Shown here one piece after another: positions 8,487 through 16,770 of a DNA stretch of 18,945 bases. The stretch spans positions 1-18,945 of the forward strand of contig JAHQXB010000105.1 in the NCBI GenBank assembly GCA_029856435.1. Reading direction: 5' to 3'. Below the pieces are notes generated by a model. The model saw nothing but the letters and a program-made list of their open reading frames with translations, searched no databases and was not told the origin of the DNA. The translations under genes and the position numbers were made by a program. This DNA comes from Candidatus Jordarchaeia archaeon (GTDB lineage: Archaea; Asgardarchaeota; Jordiarchaeia; Jordiarchaeales; Jordiarchaeaceae). Positions within the stretch are counted from its first letter, which is position 1. Every line of letters begins with the position of its first letter.

Positions 8487-9929
8487 ATGGGTTTAAGAAC
8501 TGTAAAGCAGTATAAGGAAGGTTTAAGGGACGGTCGACAGGTGTGGATTCTTGGAGAAAAAGTGAGTGATGTCACCACCCACCCCATGCTAAAAGTGGGC
8601 GTGGAAACCGCCGCCCTTGACTATGAAATGGCTGAGGATCCCAGGTACCATGAGCTAGCTGTGGCGCAGCACCCAGAAACAGGGGAGCCCATAAGCAGAC
8701 ACTACTATCTTCCCAAAAACGCGGAAGACCTACTGAAAAGACATGAGCTGATAGTTACTGCAACCCGGCTGGGTGATGGAGTGATACCCTTCACCAAGGA
8801 TGTGGCTGGAGACTGTCTAAACGCCATTTGGGTAACCTCCCAAGTTATGGGAAAGGAGGAATACATTGAGAGAATCAGGGAATACTATGAACATGTTAGA
8901 AAAAGGGATTTGAGCATAGCCTGCGGAATGACTGACGTTAAGGGGGATAGAAGTCTACATCCTTCCTCCCCAGAACAGTCGCACCCCGATTTCTATGTTC
9001 GAGTAGTAGACAAAAATGATGAAGGGATAATAGTGAGAGGGGCGAAAATGCATATAACAGCCTCGGCGTACTCTGATGAGATTCTTGTTCTGCCCTGTAG
9101 GGCTATGAGGGAGGGAGACAGGGACTACGCTGTGTGCTTTGCAGTTCCCGCAAACGCTAAAGGGCTGAAACACATATGTCACCCCCTCAGGTACCAGCAA
9201 AGCCCCTTGGAGTTTCCAGTAGATGTTCCCATAAGAATGCACACCGAGTCTCTACTAGTGTTTGACGATGTTTTTATACCTTGGGAGAGGGTTTTCCTGT
9301 GCGGTGAATGGCAGTATGCGGGAACCATTGCCTACAATTTCTCGTTCTTCCACAGGCACACCGCATCCTGCTACCGAATCGCCCTAACTGAGCTACAATT
9401 GGGAATGGCTCAGGCCATTGCTGAATACAATGGAATCGACCGCATTTCCCACGTCCGGGAAAAAATAACCAACATGATAATCTATTTGGAAATGCTAAAA
9501 TCTCTGGCCAAGGCCTCTTGCAGCGACCCCGTAATTTATGGCGGAATAGCGGTGCCCAATCCGGTAATCAGCAACATATCAAAATACCACTTTGCTGAAA
9601 ACTACCACAACTTCGTGAAGTGGGTGCAAGATCTGTGCGGCGGAATCTTGGTCACAGCCCCAACCTATCTGGACTACCAAAACCCAGAATTGAGAGGCTA
9701 CATAGACAAATACCTAGGGGGCAAAAAGGGAATACCCACGGAACACAGGCTGAGAATGCTCCAACTCATAAGAATCTGGATGGCTTCCGATATCGGCGGA
9801 GGAATAGAAGTCCTTGCACTACACGGAGAAGGCTCACTCCAAGCCCAAAGAATGATAATCTACGGAGAATACCAGAACCAGCTCCAGGAATACAAGGAAA
9901 GAGCCAAAAGAGTAGCCGGAATAAAGTAA
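8487..9929 (+). CDS. 4-hydroxybutyryl-CoA dehydratase (AbfD) / 4-hydroxyphenylacetate 3-hydroxylase (HpaB) family flavoprotein, atypical
   Basis: QYKEGLRDGRQVWILGEKV.DV..HP, GMTDVKGDRS (FAD-binding), VRGAKMHITAS, LVFDDVFIPWERVFLCGE, HGEGSLQAQR. Perfect SD. The AbfD CxxxC is absent, so no gene symbol is assigned. Confidence 0.85.
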   Translation: MGLRTVKQYKEGLRDGRQVWILGEKVSDVTTHPMLKVGVETAALDYEMAEDPRYHELAVAQHPETGEPISRHYYLPKNAEDLLKRHELIVTATRLGDGVIPFTKDVAGDCLNAIWVTSQVMGKEEYIERIREYYEHVRKRDLSIACGMTDVKGDRSLHPSSPEQSHPDFYVRVVDKNDEGIIVRGAKMHITASAYSDEILVLPCRAMREGDRDYAVCFAVPANAKGLKHICHPLRYQQSPLEFPVDVPIRMHTESLLVFDDVFIPWERVFLCGEWQYAGTIAYNFSFFHRHTASCYRIALTELQLGMAQAIAEYNGIDRISHVREKITNMIIYLEMLKSLAKASCSDPVIYGGIAVPNPVISNISKYHFAENYHNFVKWVQDLCGGILVTAPTYLDYQNPELRGYIDKYLGGKKGIPTEHRLRMLQLIRIWMASDIGGGIEVLALHGEGSLQAQRMIIYGEYQNQLQEYKERAKRVAGIK

Positions 9930-9941
9930 AAATGATAAAAA

Positions 9942-10748
9942 ATGAAACAAAAAAGTCTTAAACGGGAAAAATCCAGCCCCCTCGTAATAGTTGTAAGGGG
10001 CGACGACCCGGAGAGAATGGTGACAGCTGGCTTAGGGGAATTGAACCTCGGAATCCCCCAGAGAAAAATCGTAATAAAACCTAACCTCATTGCAAATAAG
10101 CCCTACCCCACAACCACCTCTCCAAAAACTGTGGAAGCCATAATCAAATACCTCAAAAAGTACAACAGAGAAATAATCATTGCTGAGGGAGCCGGCTGGG
10201 CGGACACAAATCAAGCCTACCGAGACCGGGGCTACCATCAACTGGCCGAAAAGTATGGGGTAAAACTGGTAGACCTAAACAAGGACCAGTATGAGAAGGT
10301 AAGGAATCCCCAAGCCTTGGTGTTAAAAGAACACGAGTTACCCCTAACATTAAAGGACTGCTACTTGGTTTCGGCTCCCGTATTAAAAGTGCACGGCGAG
10401 GCCGGCGTCACACTCTCAGTCAAAAACATGCTGGGGGCAACCATTGGCGGAAACAAGGGAAGGTTCCACGGCAAGGGAATACACCAAAGCATAGTGGACA
10501 TAAACCTCTACAAGGCTCCAGACCTAGCCATAATAGATGGAATAGAGGGAAACATAAGAGGAGAACTGGGAGGAGAAACCAAAAAATTCAATGTAATGAT
10601 ATTCTCCCAAGATCCCGTAGCAGCCGACGCAGTAGGAGCAAAAATTCTAGGAGTAGACCCACTCTCCGTGAAACATCTAAAACTAGCACAGGAAAAAGGG
10701 CTAGGCACAGCCGACCCAAGAAAAATAGAGGTTAGAGAACTAAAATAA
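9942..10748 (+). CDS. DUF362 domain protein
   Basis: IVIKPNL, IIIAEG, APVLKVH, VTLSVKNMLG, AIIDG, DPVAADAVGA..LG pattern. Starts 12 nt after the previous stop, so probably co-transcribed. Confidence 0.8.
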   Translation: MKQKSLKREKSSPLVIVVRGDDPERMVTAGLGELNLGIPQRKIVIKPNLIANKPYPTTTSPKTVEAIIKYLKKYNREIIIAEGAGWADTNQAYRDRGYHQLAEKYGVKLVDLNKDQYEKVRNPQALVLKEHELPLTLKDCYLVSAPVLKVHGEAGVTLSVKNMLGATIGGNKGRFHGKGIHQSIVDINLYKAPDLAIIDGIEGNIRGELGGETKKFNVMIFSQDPVAADAVGAKILGVDPLSVKHLKLAQEKGLGTADPRKIEVRELK

Positions 10749-10786
10749 GACACCCTTCTCAAAAGCAAATTTCCCCAAACTCCGCC

Positions 10787-10792
10787 TTTTTT
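10787..10792 (+). terminator. Oligo-T terminator after DUF362
   Basis: gccTTTTTT about 40 nt after the stop. Confidence 0.35.
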
Positions 10793-11041
10793 AATGGCCT
10801 AGTAATAGTGTAAAGTGCGTATTCCCAAATACCTTACTATCCTAAAAAGGAAATTATTACTAACATTTAGGGTTCCCCGCATTTTCACCAAATGAACGGC
10901 TTTGGTTCAACTCCCCTTTTTAATCTTTTCAGCTCATTTATTTATTTCTGAATTGACTCTTTGCTAATAGGACGAATGTATGTTTTACGTCACATTTGAA
11001 TCATGAAAAAGCGCGTATCCCTTGATTTTTTTCAATAATTT

Positions 11042-11641
11042 ATGGTGACTCCCGAAAGAGCAGTGGTTAAAAAAAATTGAAGATTAAAGGGATACAAGAT
11101 CTTTGTGCCCTCTGAAACTCGGGAGAGACATGGTTTTGGATCCCAGGGACGAAATCGGGTGAATAGACATACGAAGAAATTTTTATTAGACCATTGAAGT
11201 AAAACGCCAAGCTCACAGACATTATTGTTGCAAAATACGACACCGAAGAGGAAATTGACTCAGAGCACGATGAGGTACCCTCCGGTGAAATTTAAAAATC
11301 CTTTCCCAGATACCAAGGTATTTATACGGCAGCTTTCCCTAAAGAAAACATCACAAAGAAGTCAAAGAAACCATTAACGCCACTTAAGAAGAAATCTTGA
11401 AAACCTAGACTAGTGGTAGCCTTTTGTCATCATTCAGTGTTCCCCATAATCAGAAAAGATGTAAAGGGTATTAGGTCTCTGGAAGAACCATATAGAGATT
11501 GTAAAAAGGACACCGGAGAAGAGAATCCTTGGGGTAGGGAGGTTCTTCACTCGCCTCCACAAAATCAAAGGGAAGATAAAGCCTAGAGAAGAGGTGCTGA
11601 TTACCGCTCTAACGTGGGATTTAAAAATTTTTCAGAAATAA
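11042..11641 (+). pseudogene. Decayed CDS fragments, possibly a PD-(D/E)xK nuclease
   Basis: Protein-like segments in shifting frames with internal stops: MVTPERAVVKKN*RLKGYKIFV; RDEIG*IDIRRNFY*TIEVK; DIIVAKYDTEEEID; RYQGIYTAAFPKE; and a start-less 58-codon frame at 11465-11641. Confidence 0.3.
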
Positions 11642-11775
11642 TGCAATTGGGGGTGCTACGATTAAATATTTTAGTAGGTTTTGCTCACACCTATCTAAGA
11701 GAGCCCGAAAAAAGAGAGAATGGTGATTGTACATCCGTGGTGAAAGAGTGCTGAAGGGAACAGAGGTAATTGAGG

Positions 11776-13050
11776 ATGGTGAAAGATCAGGAGACAACCA
11801 TGTATATGGCTGAGCCCATTATGGATTGGATTCTCAATGGTATACCTGAGCCTGTAAATGTTAAACTTTTTGATGATGTTGGCTCTATTTATGAGGCTCA
11901 GCTTGCTAAGATGGAGTTATCCCGTTGGTGGAGGGATCTAGAGGCTTTTAGGAGGAGGTGTGCTTATTTTGAGGAGGTAAACGGTGAAAAAACTTTTCAC
12001 TACTATATTTCAAATATTAGGGGGAAAGGGCAAATTGGCAGAACAAACCAGTACTTAACACACTGGTTCTATCCATATAAAGCGAAATTTCATCCCCAAA
12101 TGGTAAAGGCTCTTATCAACTGGATGGGGCTTAGGGGGGAAGATAGGCTTCTTGATCCCTTTGTTGGTAGTGGGACGACGCTTATTGAAGCTAAGACTAT
12201 AGGCATAGATAGTTGGGGCGTGGATATTAATCCAATATGTACTTTGATGTCAAGAGTAAAATGTGAACTGCTGGACCTCACAACCGAAATGATAAAAGAA
12301 GTTCCTAGGGAGAAAGTATTCCACTATTTTAACAGAAAAATGAGAGGAGTGCTTGGGAAGACTTCAAACCTCGAGTTATACGTTAAGAACCTAGAGAATG
12401 AACCTAAATTAATATCTGACGATAGGGTTTACTGCTTTTACCAATTATGCTATTTATACGCTTTATCTGATTACACTTACATTAAGAAGCCTTTGTGGGA
12501 GGGTTTCAACAACAACTTAGACGCCATATTGAAGACTGTAGAAAAATTCCAAGATTTGAAGCAAAAGTTGGATTTTAAGCTCGGAAATGTTAAGGTATTA
12601 GAGGGAGACGCAAGAAAATTAAGTGAAATGTTTCCTAGAGAGTACTTCGCTGGAATCATTACCTCACCACCATACAGTATAGCTGTAGACTACATTAAAA
12701 ACGACCTACATGCCTTATCATATTTGAACATTAACGCAGATACTCTAGTAAAAGATATGGTCGGCCTAAGAGGAAAAGGCGACGAAAGAATAGATAACTA
12801 CTACAAAGACATGAGGAATTCCTTTAAAGAAATGAACAAAGTTCTGCAACCCGACAGGTACTGCGTAACCATAATAGGAGACGTCACCTATAAGGAAAAG
12901 AAGCTCCCTATCCACCAGAAGTACATAGAATTTGCCCAAGAGGCTGGTTTCATTCTAGACAAAATAATAAGAAGACCCATCCTTGGCGGTTACGCTCGAC
13001 TGAGATACGAATATGTACTAATCTTTAAAAAAATTAGCGATGCAGATTAA
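11776..13050 (+). CDS. N4-cytosine DNA methyltransferase, alpha class (M.MjaII-like)
   Basis: THWFYPYKAKFHPQMV, motif I DPFVGSGTT, then the TRD, then motif IV ITSPPY (SPPY indicates m4C). Start ATG 11776; the track starts at TTG 11770. Confidence 0.88.
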   Translation: MVKDQETTMYMAEPIMDWILNGIPEPVNVKLFDDVGSIYEAQLAKMELSRWWRDLEAFRRRCAYFEEVNGEKTFHYYISNIRGKGQIGRTNQYLTHWFYPYKAKFHPQMVKALINWMGLRGEDRLLDPFVGSGTTLIEAKTIGIDSWGVDINPICTLMSRVKCELLDLTTEMIKEVPREKVFHYFNRKMRGVLGKTSNLELYVKNLENEPKLISDDRVYCFYQLCYLYALSDYTYIKKPLWEGFNNNLDAILKTVEKFQDLKQKLDFKLGNVKVLEGDARKLSEMFPREYFAGIITSPPYSIAVDYIKNDLHALSYLNINADTLVKDMVGLRGKGDERIDNYYKDMRNSFKEMNKVLQPDRYCVTIIGDVTYKEKKLPIHQKYIEFAQEAGFILDKIIRRPILGGYARLRYEYVLIFKKISDAD

Positions 13051-13084
13051 ATGGAACAAAAATATTTCAATCCTTATACCTTTT

Positions 13085-13834
13085 CTAACAAGCTCCCTCC
13101 TTAAAAATAGCATTTTTCGCCTCCTCAGCGATTTCCAACAATTCTTCATAAGTTCCAGCACCACCTATCTTATTCCACATTTCCTCCCCTATCAAGACCT
13201 CCCTATTCAAATCCATGATTTGCATAGTGAACCGATGATTATATTTTTCTCTATAAATGAAAGGATTATAGGGAAAAGCAAGATAGGCTTCAGGCTTCTT
13301 GCCCTCAAATATTGCGCGAAAATAAAGCATCTTTTTCTTAGATTCCGCACAAATATCCAAGTTTGGTCTGGGGCTTTTAATTTCAAGGAAAAGCGGGCCC
13401 GGCTTAAAATCACTAATAAATAAATCAGCAATGATGGAAAGCTCTATAGGTTTCCCGCCGGCAACAGAGAAAATCTCTCTCATTTCACTGTCATAACTGG
13501 GGCTCCTTCTACCAGAACGCAACTCATCTACAATTCGATCCATTACACCCACTCTCTCCGCCGACACTCTACCAGAAATCGGATAATTACGATGCACACC
13601 CTTATAATTATCCCTAGCAATTATTACTGCCATCTTCGGATAAAGCGTCATACCCATCCTTGTTACCAGACTTCTCTGTACCTTGAACGACAACAAAGCT
13701 TCGTCAGGAAAAAATATGGAGTGGAAGGGAAAAGCCCTCTTAAGCTCATCAACAGTGAATTCAACCTTACCCAGACTTGCCTCTGCAAACCCTATGATAG
13801 CCTGTTTAACCTGACTACGAGTTTCCTCCTTCAT
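13085..13834 (-). CDS. Type II restriction endonuclease, TdeIII/MjaII family
   Basis: SLVTRMG, ADLF...FLEIKSPRPNLD (PD-(D/E)xK core), AFPYNPF, IGEEMWNKIGG. Convergent with the m4C methyltransferase. Start ATG 13834 or TTG 13837. Confidence 0.82.
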   Translation of the reverse strand: MKEETRSQVKQAIIGFAEASLGKVEFTVDELKRAFPFHSIFFPDEALLSFKVQRSLVTRMGMTLYPKMAVIIARDNYKGVHRNYPISGRVSAERVGVMDRIVDELRSGRRSPSYDSEMREIFSVAGGKPIELSIIADLFISDFKPGPLFLEIKSPRPNLDICAESKKKMLYFRAIFEGKKPEAYLAFPYNPFIYREKYNHRFTMQIMDLNREVLIGEEMWNKIGGAGTYEELLEIAEEAKNAIFKEGAC

Positions 13835-13920
13835 CAAACACCACCCTCAAGACTCAAATTTAACTCTAAAGGATTAACCCACCACACAGTACATCCTCTG
13901 ATCGGCCGCACAGTGTCTGC

Positions 13921-15489
13921 TCATTTTTTGGGGGATATGTAGTGTCCCGGGTCCGATACGCCATTGGGGTCGAATGCTTCCTTTATTTTGCGGAGCCAGT
14001 TCTGATAATTACAGCAGTGGGGGCCAAATAGGTCGTGCATTCTGTCTCCCACAATGAAGAACGGAATTCCCAAGCTGTGCTCTATGTCTGCCTTGTTGCA
14101 CTCCATGGAGTAGTCTGCGTATCCCTTGCAGGATTCGGGATCTGCGGGGTCATATATTGTGGGTACTTCCATGTGTGCAAAGTGTCCCTGCTCGTAGAAT
14201 GTGATCCACATACCTTCTCCTCTGTCGTCACCGATTAGCTCCTTCTCTATGTATTTACGTTTAATGGGCACGTTTACCTTGGCTATGTTTATGGACATGG
14301 ATATGGTGTCCATTCCTCCATGAGTGCTCTGGAAGCAGCTTGTAAAGCGGAAAGCGTGGCTTCCCAACATGTTTCTAACGCCTTCAGCGTAGCTTATTGA
14401 TGGCGGCTTCACAACACCCTTCTCAACAAGATCCTCACCGCCCGTTTCCTTAACTATCTCATTCACAAGCTTAGTCCTATAGTTGAACTCCCTCTCAGTA
14501 TGCGCGGCGACCAGCACTATGAAGTACCTCTGAACCTTAGTCATAAGATCCGACAAAATTTTCTCTATGGTCTGCTCCCTAGTGTTGGAAAACATTGTAG
14601 CCAACCCTTCCTGAGAGGAGGCCATAGCCATCATGCTGACCTCAGCCTCCCCAATCCTGTAGTAAGCTTCCTCAAAGGAGTCCCAGTCCGGAAAGTTGAG
14701 CACAAACATTCTCCAGTAGGGGGGAACCTCAAACTCATAATTAGGGATGAGTCCGCTCACCCTCCACTCTCGAGGACCTGGCCACGGATAAAGCTTAATT
14801 GCACACTTGGTGAAAACCCCCAGACCACCATAGGCACCCATAAAGCCTCTCATAACTCCTCTAAGGCTTGGACCTGGTCCGTCTCCACTGAACCATTCTT
14901 CGCTGCAGTTAAGTGAGCCCAGTCTGAGAATTTCACCCGTTGGCAGAACCCATTCTACCGCCAGAACGTTGCGGCCGCTAAACCCGGTGCTGGCAGAGGT
15001 GAAACCTGGCCCAACCATGGAGGTGTGGCTGGCTAGGGGTGAAGTTTGGGGGCCCGCTCCCTGCATGTGGTGGTTTAATCCCCTCTTTATGAGTTCAGAT
15101 TGGAGCTGAGCATTGGTCACGTAGGGTTCAATGACTGCATACATGTTCCTCTCATTTATTTCCAGAATCTTGTTCATTCTCCTGAGATCCAGTTGTATTG
15201 TTCCAGGGCCGGATACCGCTCCCCACACTCCTAAGCCGGTGCTGTGGGCTTTGAATCGGATGCCATACTGGTTGCATACTTTCACTATTGCTTGGACCTC
15301 GCTTGTGCAGCAGGGCAGTACCACTGCTTCGGGCCTGTAGCCGAACCGTGATGGTTCCTCGCCTCTCGATGCTTTTTCAACTTCGGTGCACCACTGGTAG
15401 GCGTAGGTGTCCAGTATTGCTGGCTCCTCAGTAATGTTTTCGCTTCCCACAATTTTTTCCAAGGCTCGGTAAACTTCTCTATCCAACAT
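13921..15489 (-). CDS. FAD-binding oxidoreductase (VAO/PCMH-type FAD-linked oxidase fold)
   Basis: PEAVVLP...EVQAIVKVCN, HSTG, LDLRRMNKILEIN, VIEPYVT, EWVLPTGEILRLG, GPGPSLRG, GLGVFTK, KIKEAFDPNGVSDPG. Confidence 0.85.
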   Translation of the reverse strand: MLDREVYRALEKIVGSENITEEPAILDTYAYQWCTEVEKASRGEEPSRFGYRPEAVVLPCCTSEVQAIVKVCNQYGIRFKAHSTGLGVWGAVSGPGTIQLDLRRMNKILEINERNMYAVIEPYVTNAQLQSELIKRGLNHHMQGAGPQTSPLASHTSMVGPGFTSASTGFSGRNVLAVEWVLPTGEILRLGSLNCSEEWFSGDGPGPSLRGVMRGFMGAYGGLGVFTKCAIKLYPWPGPREWRVSGLIPNYEFEVPPYWRMFVLNFPDWDSFEEAYYRIGEAEVSMMAMASSQEGLATMFSNTREQTIEKILSDLMTKVQRYFIVLVAAHTEREFNYRTKLVNEIVKETGGEDLVEKGVVKPPSISYAEGVRNMLGSHAFRFTSCFQSTHGGMDTISMSINIAKVNVPIKRKYIEKELIGDDRGEGMWITFYEQGHFAHMEVPTIYDPADPESCKGYADYSMECNKADIEHSLGIPFFIVGDRMHDLFGPHCCNYQNWLRKIKEAFDPNGVSDPGHYISPKK

Positions 15490-16767
15490 TTATATGCTTC
15501 CTCCCATACTTTTTAGAACGAGTTCTGTCAAATCATAGAACTTCATCTTTTCGCCCTTCTCTCTGATGGCGTCCTTAAGATTTGTGGCGCAGAAGGGGCA
15601 GCAGGAAACTAGGGCCTCTGCTCCCGTAGCTTTAGCCTCCTCAACCCTGTTGCTCGCCGTCCAGAGGGCAAAATCTGGAAAGGCAGACTTCACCCCTCCT
15701 CCGGCTCCACAACAGTAGGCGTATTCCTTTATCCTCTCCATTTCCACAAGCTCCAGGCCCGGAATGCTTCTCAGAACGTTTCTGGGAGGCTCGTAGACGC
15801 CGTTTGTTCCACGCCGTATGACCTTTGGGGGAACTGGAATGTAGATTCGCGAAACAACTTTCACCATTTGTCCCTGCCAGGGTGTGTAGGGTTCAGAGTT
15901 TCTTCCTAGGTGGCAGGGGTCATGGTAGGTTACCTTTAGGGGAACCTCCTTGCTTAGTTCTAATTTGCCCTCTTTTAGCATGTTGTCTAGTAGTTCTGAG
16001 GTGTGTATGACTTGGAAGTTTGTGTTGAGGTAGCGGGGATACTCCACTTTGAACATGCTGTAGCACCCGGCGCAGCTGGTTACGATTCTCTTTATTCCAA
16101 GGTTTTTGAGTTTTTCAACATTTTTTCGCATAAGTTCAAGGGCGTCCTTCCTATCACCTACTCTGATTAGGGGGCTTCCGCAGCAGAACTCTTCGGATCC
16201 CAGTAGGGTGTAGTCTAGGTCTACTTTGTCAAATATTTTTGTGGTGGCTTGAGCTATCTCCTTTCTGCGATATGAGGTTGTGCATCCCACAAAGTAGGCG
16301 GTCTCGGAGCCCTCCTTAAAAGAGGTGTTTTTGGGGAGCCAAGACAGCCTCTCCTCGTGATTTTCACCATAGGGGTTGTGGTTAAGTTTGACGCTCTCAA
16401 TATATTTTTTGTGTTGAGGCAGGGGGCCTGCGCCGCTCTCCACGCAGTGGTTTCTCAGTTCCAATATTACCTCTAGGGGCTCCAATTCAAAGAAGAATTT
16501 GCAGGCAATATCGCACCCTCCACAGGCGGTGCAGCGATAAATCACCTTCAATAGCTCCTCGGTGTACTGGATTCTGTTTTTGAGCATGGCTTGGGCGATA
16601 ATCGTTTTTCCTCCGCCAGAATAGGCGTGGAAATTGTATCGCTCAATGGCGGGACAGATGGCTGAGAACCTCTGACTTTTTATTTGCAATGCGGGGATGA
16701 ACTTACAGTTTGAACACCTGATGCAGCCTGCCATCAGCTTCTCATAATCGCTAAGACTCGCAGCCAT
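15490..16767 (-). CDS. Fe-S protein with a 4Fe-4S dicluster and two CCG domains (HdrD/GlcF/GlpC-like)
   Basis: CIRCSNC...CP, CTACGGCDIAC, FVGC, EFCCG, TSCAGC, YHDPCHLGR, YCCGAGGG, SCCPFC. Its stop abuts the next ATG (TAAATG). Confidence 0.88.
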   Translation of the reverse strand: MAASLSDYEKLMAGCIRCSNCKFIPALQIKSQRFSAICPAIERYNFHAYSGGGKTIIAQAMLKNRIQYTEELLKVIYRCTACGGCDIACKFFFELEPLEVILELRNHCVESGAGPLPQHKKYIESVKLNHNPYGENHEERLSWLPKNTSFKEGSETAYFVGCTTSYRRKEIAQATTKIFDKVDLDYTLLGSEEFCCGSPLIRVGDRKDALELMRKNVEKLKNLGIKRIVTSCAGCYSMFKVEYPRYLNTNFQVIHTSELLDNMLKEGKLELSKEVPLKVTYHDPCHLGRNSEPYTPWQGQMVKVVSRIYIPVPPKVIRRGTNGVYEPPRNVLRSIPGLELVEMERIKEYAYCCGAGGGVKSAFPDFALWTASNRVEEAKATGAEALVSCCPFCATNLKDAIREKGEKMKFYDLTELVLKSMGGSI

Positions 16768-16770
16768 TTT

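Noticed and set aside
8487-9929. Direct call as hpaB or abfD
   Set aside because: The diagnostic residues of both are missing and there is no hpaC-type flavin reductase in the window.
10749-13920. Mobile element or prophage around the R-M genes
   Set aside because: No integrase, transposase, terminal inverted repeats or target-site duplications were found by eye.
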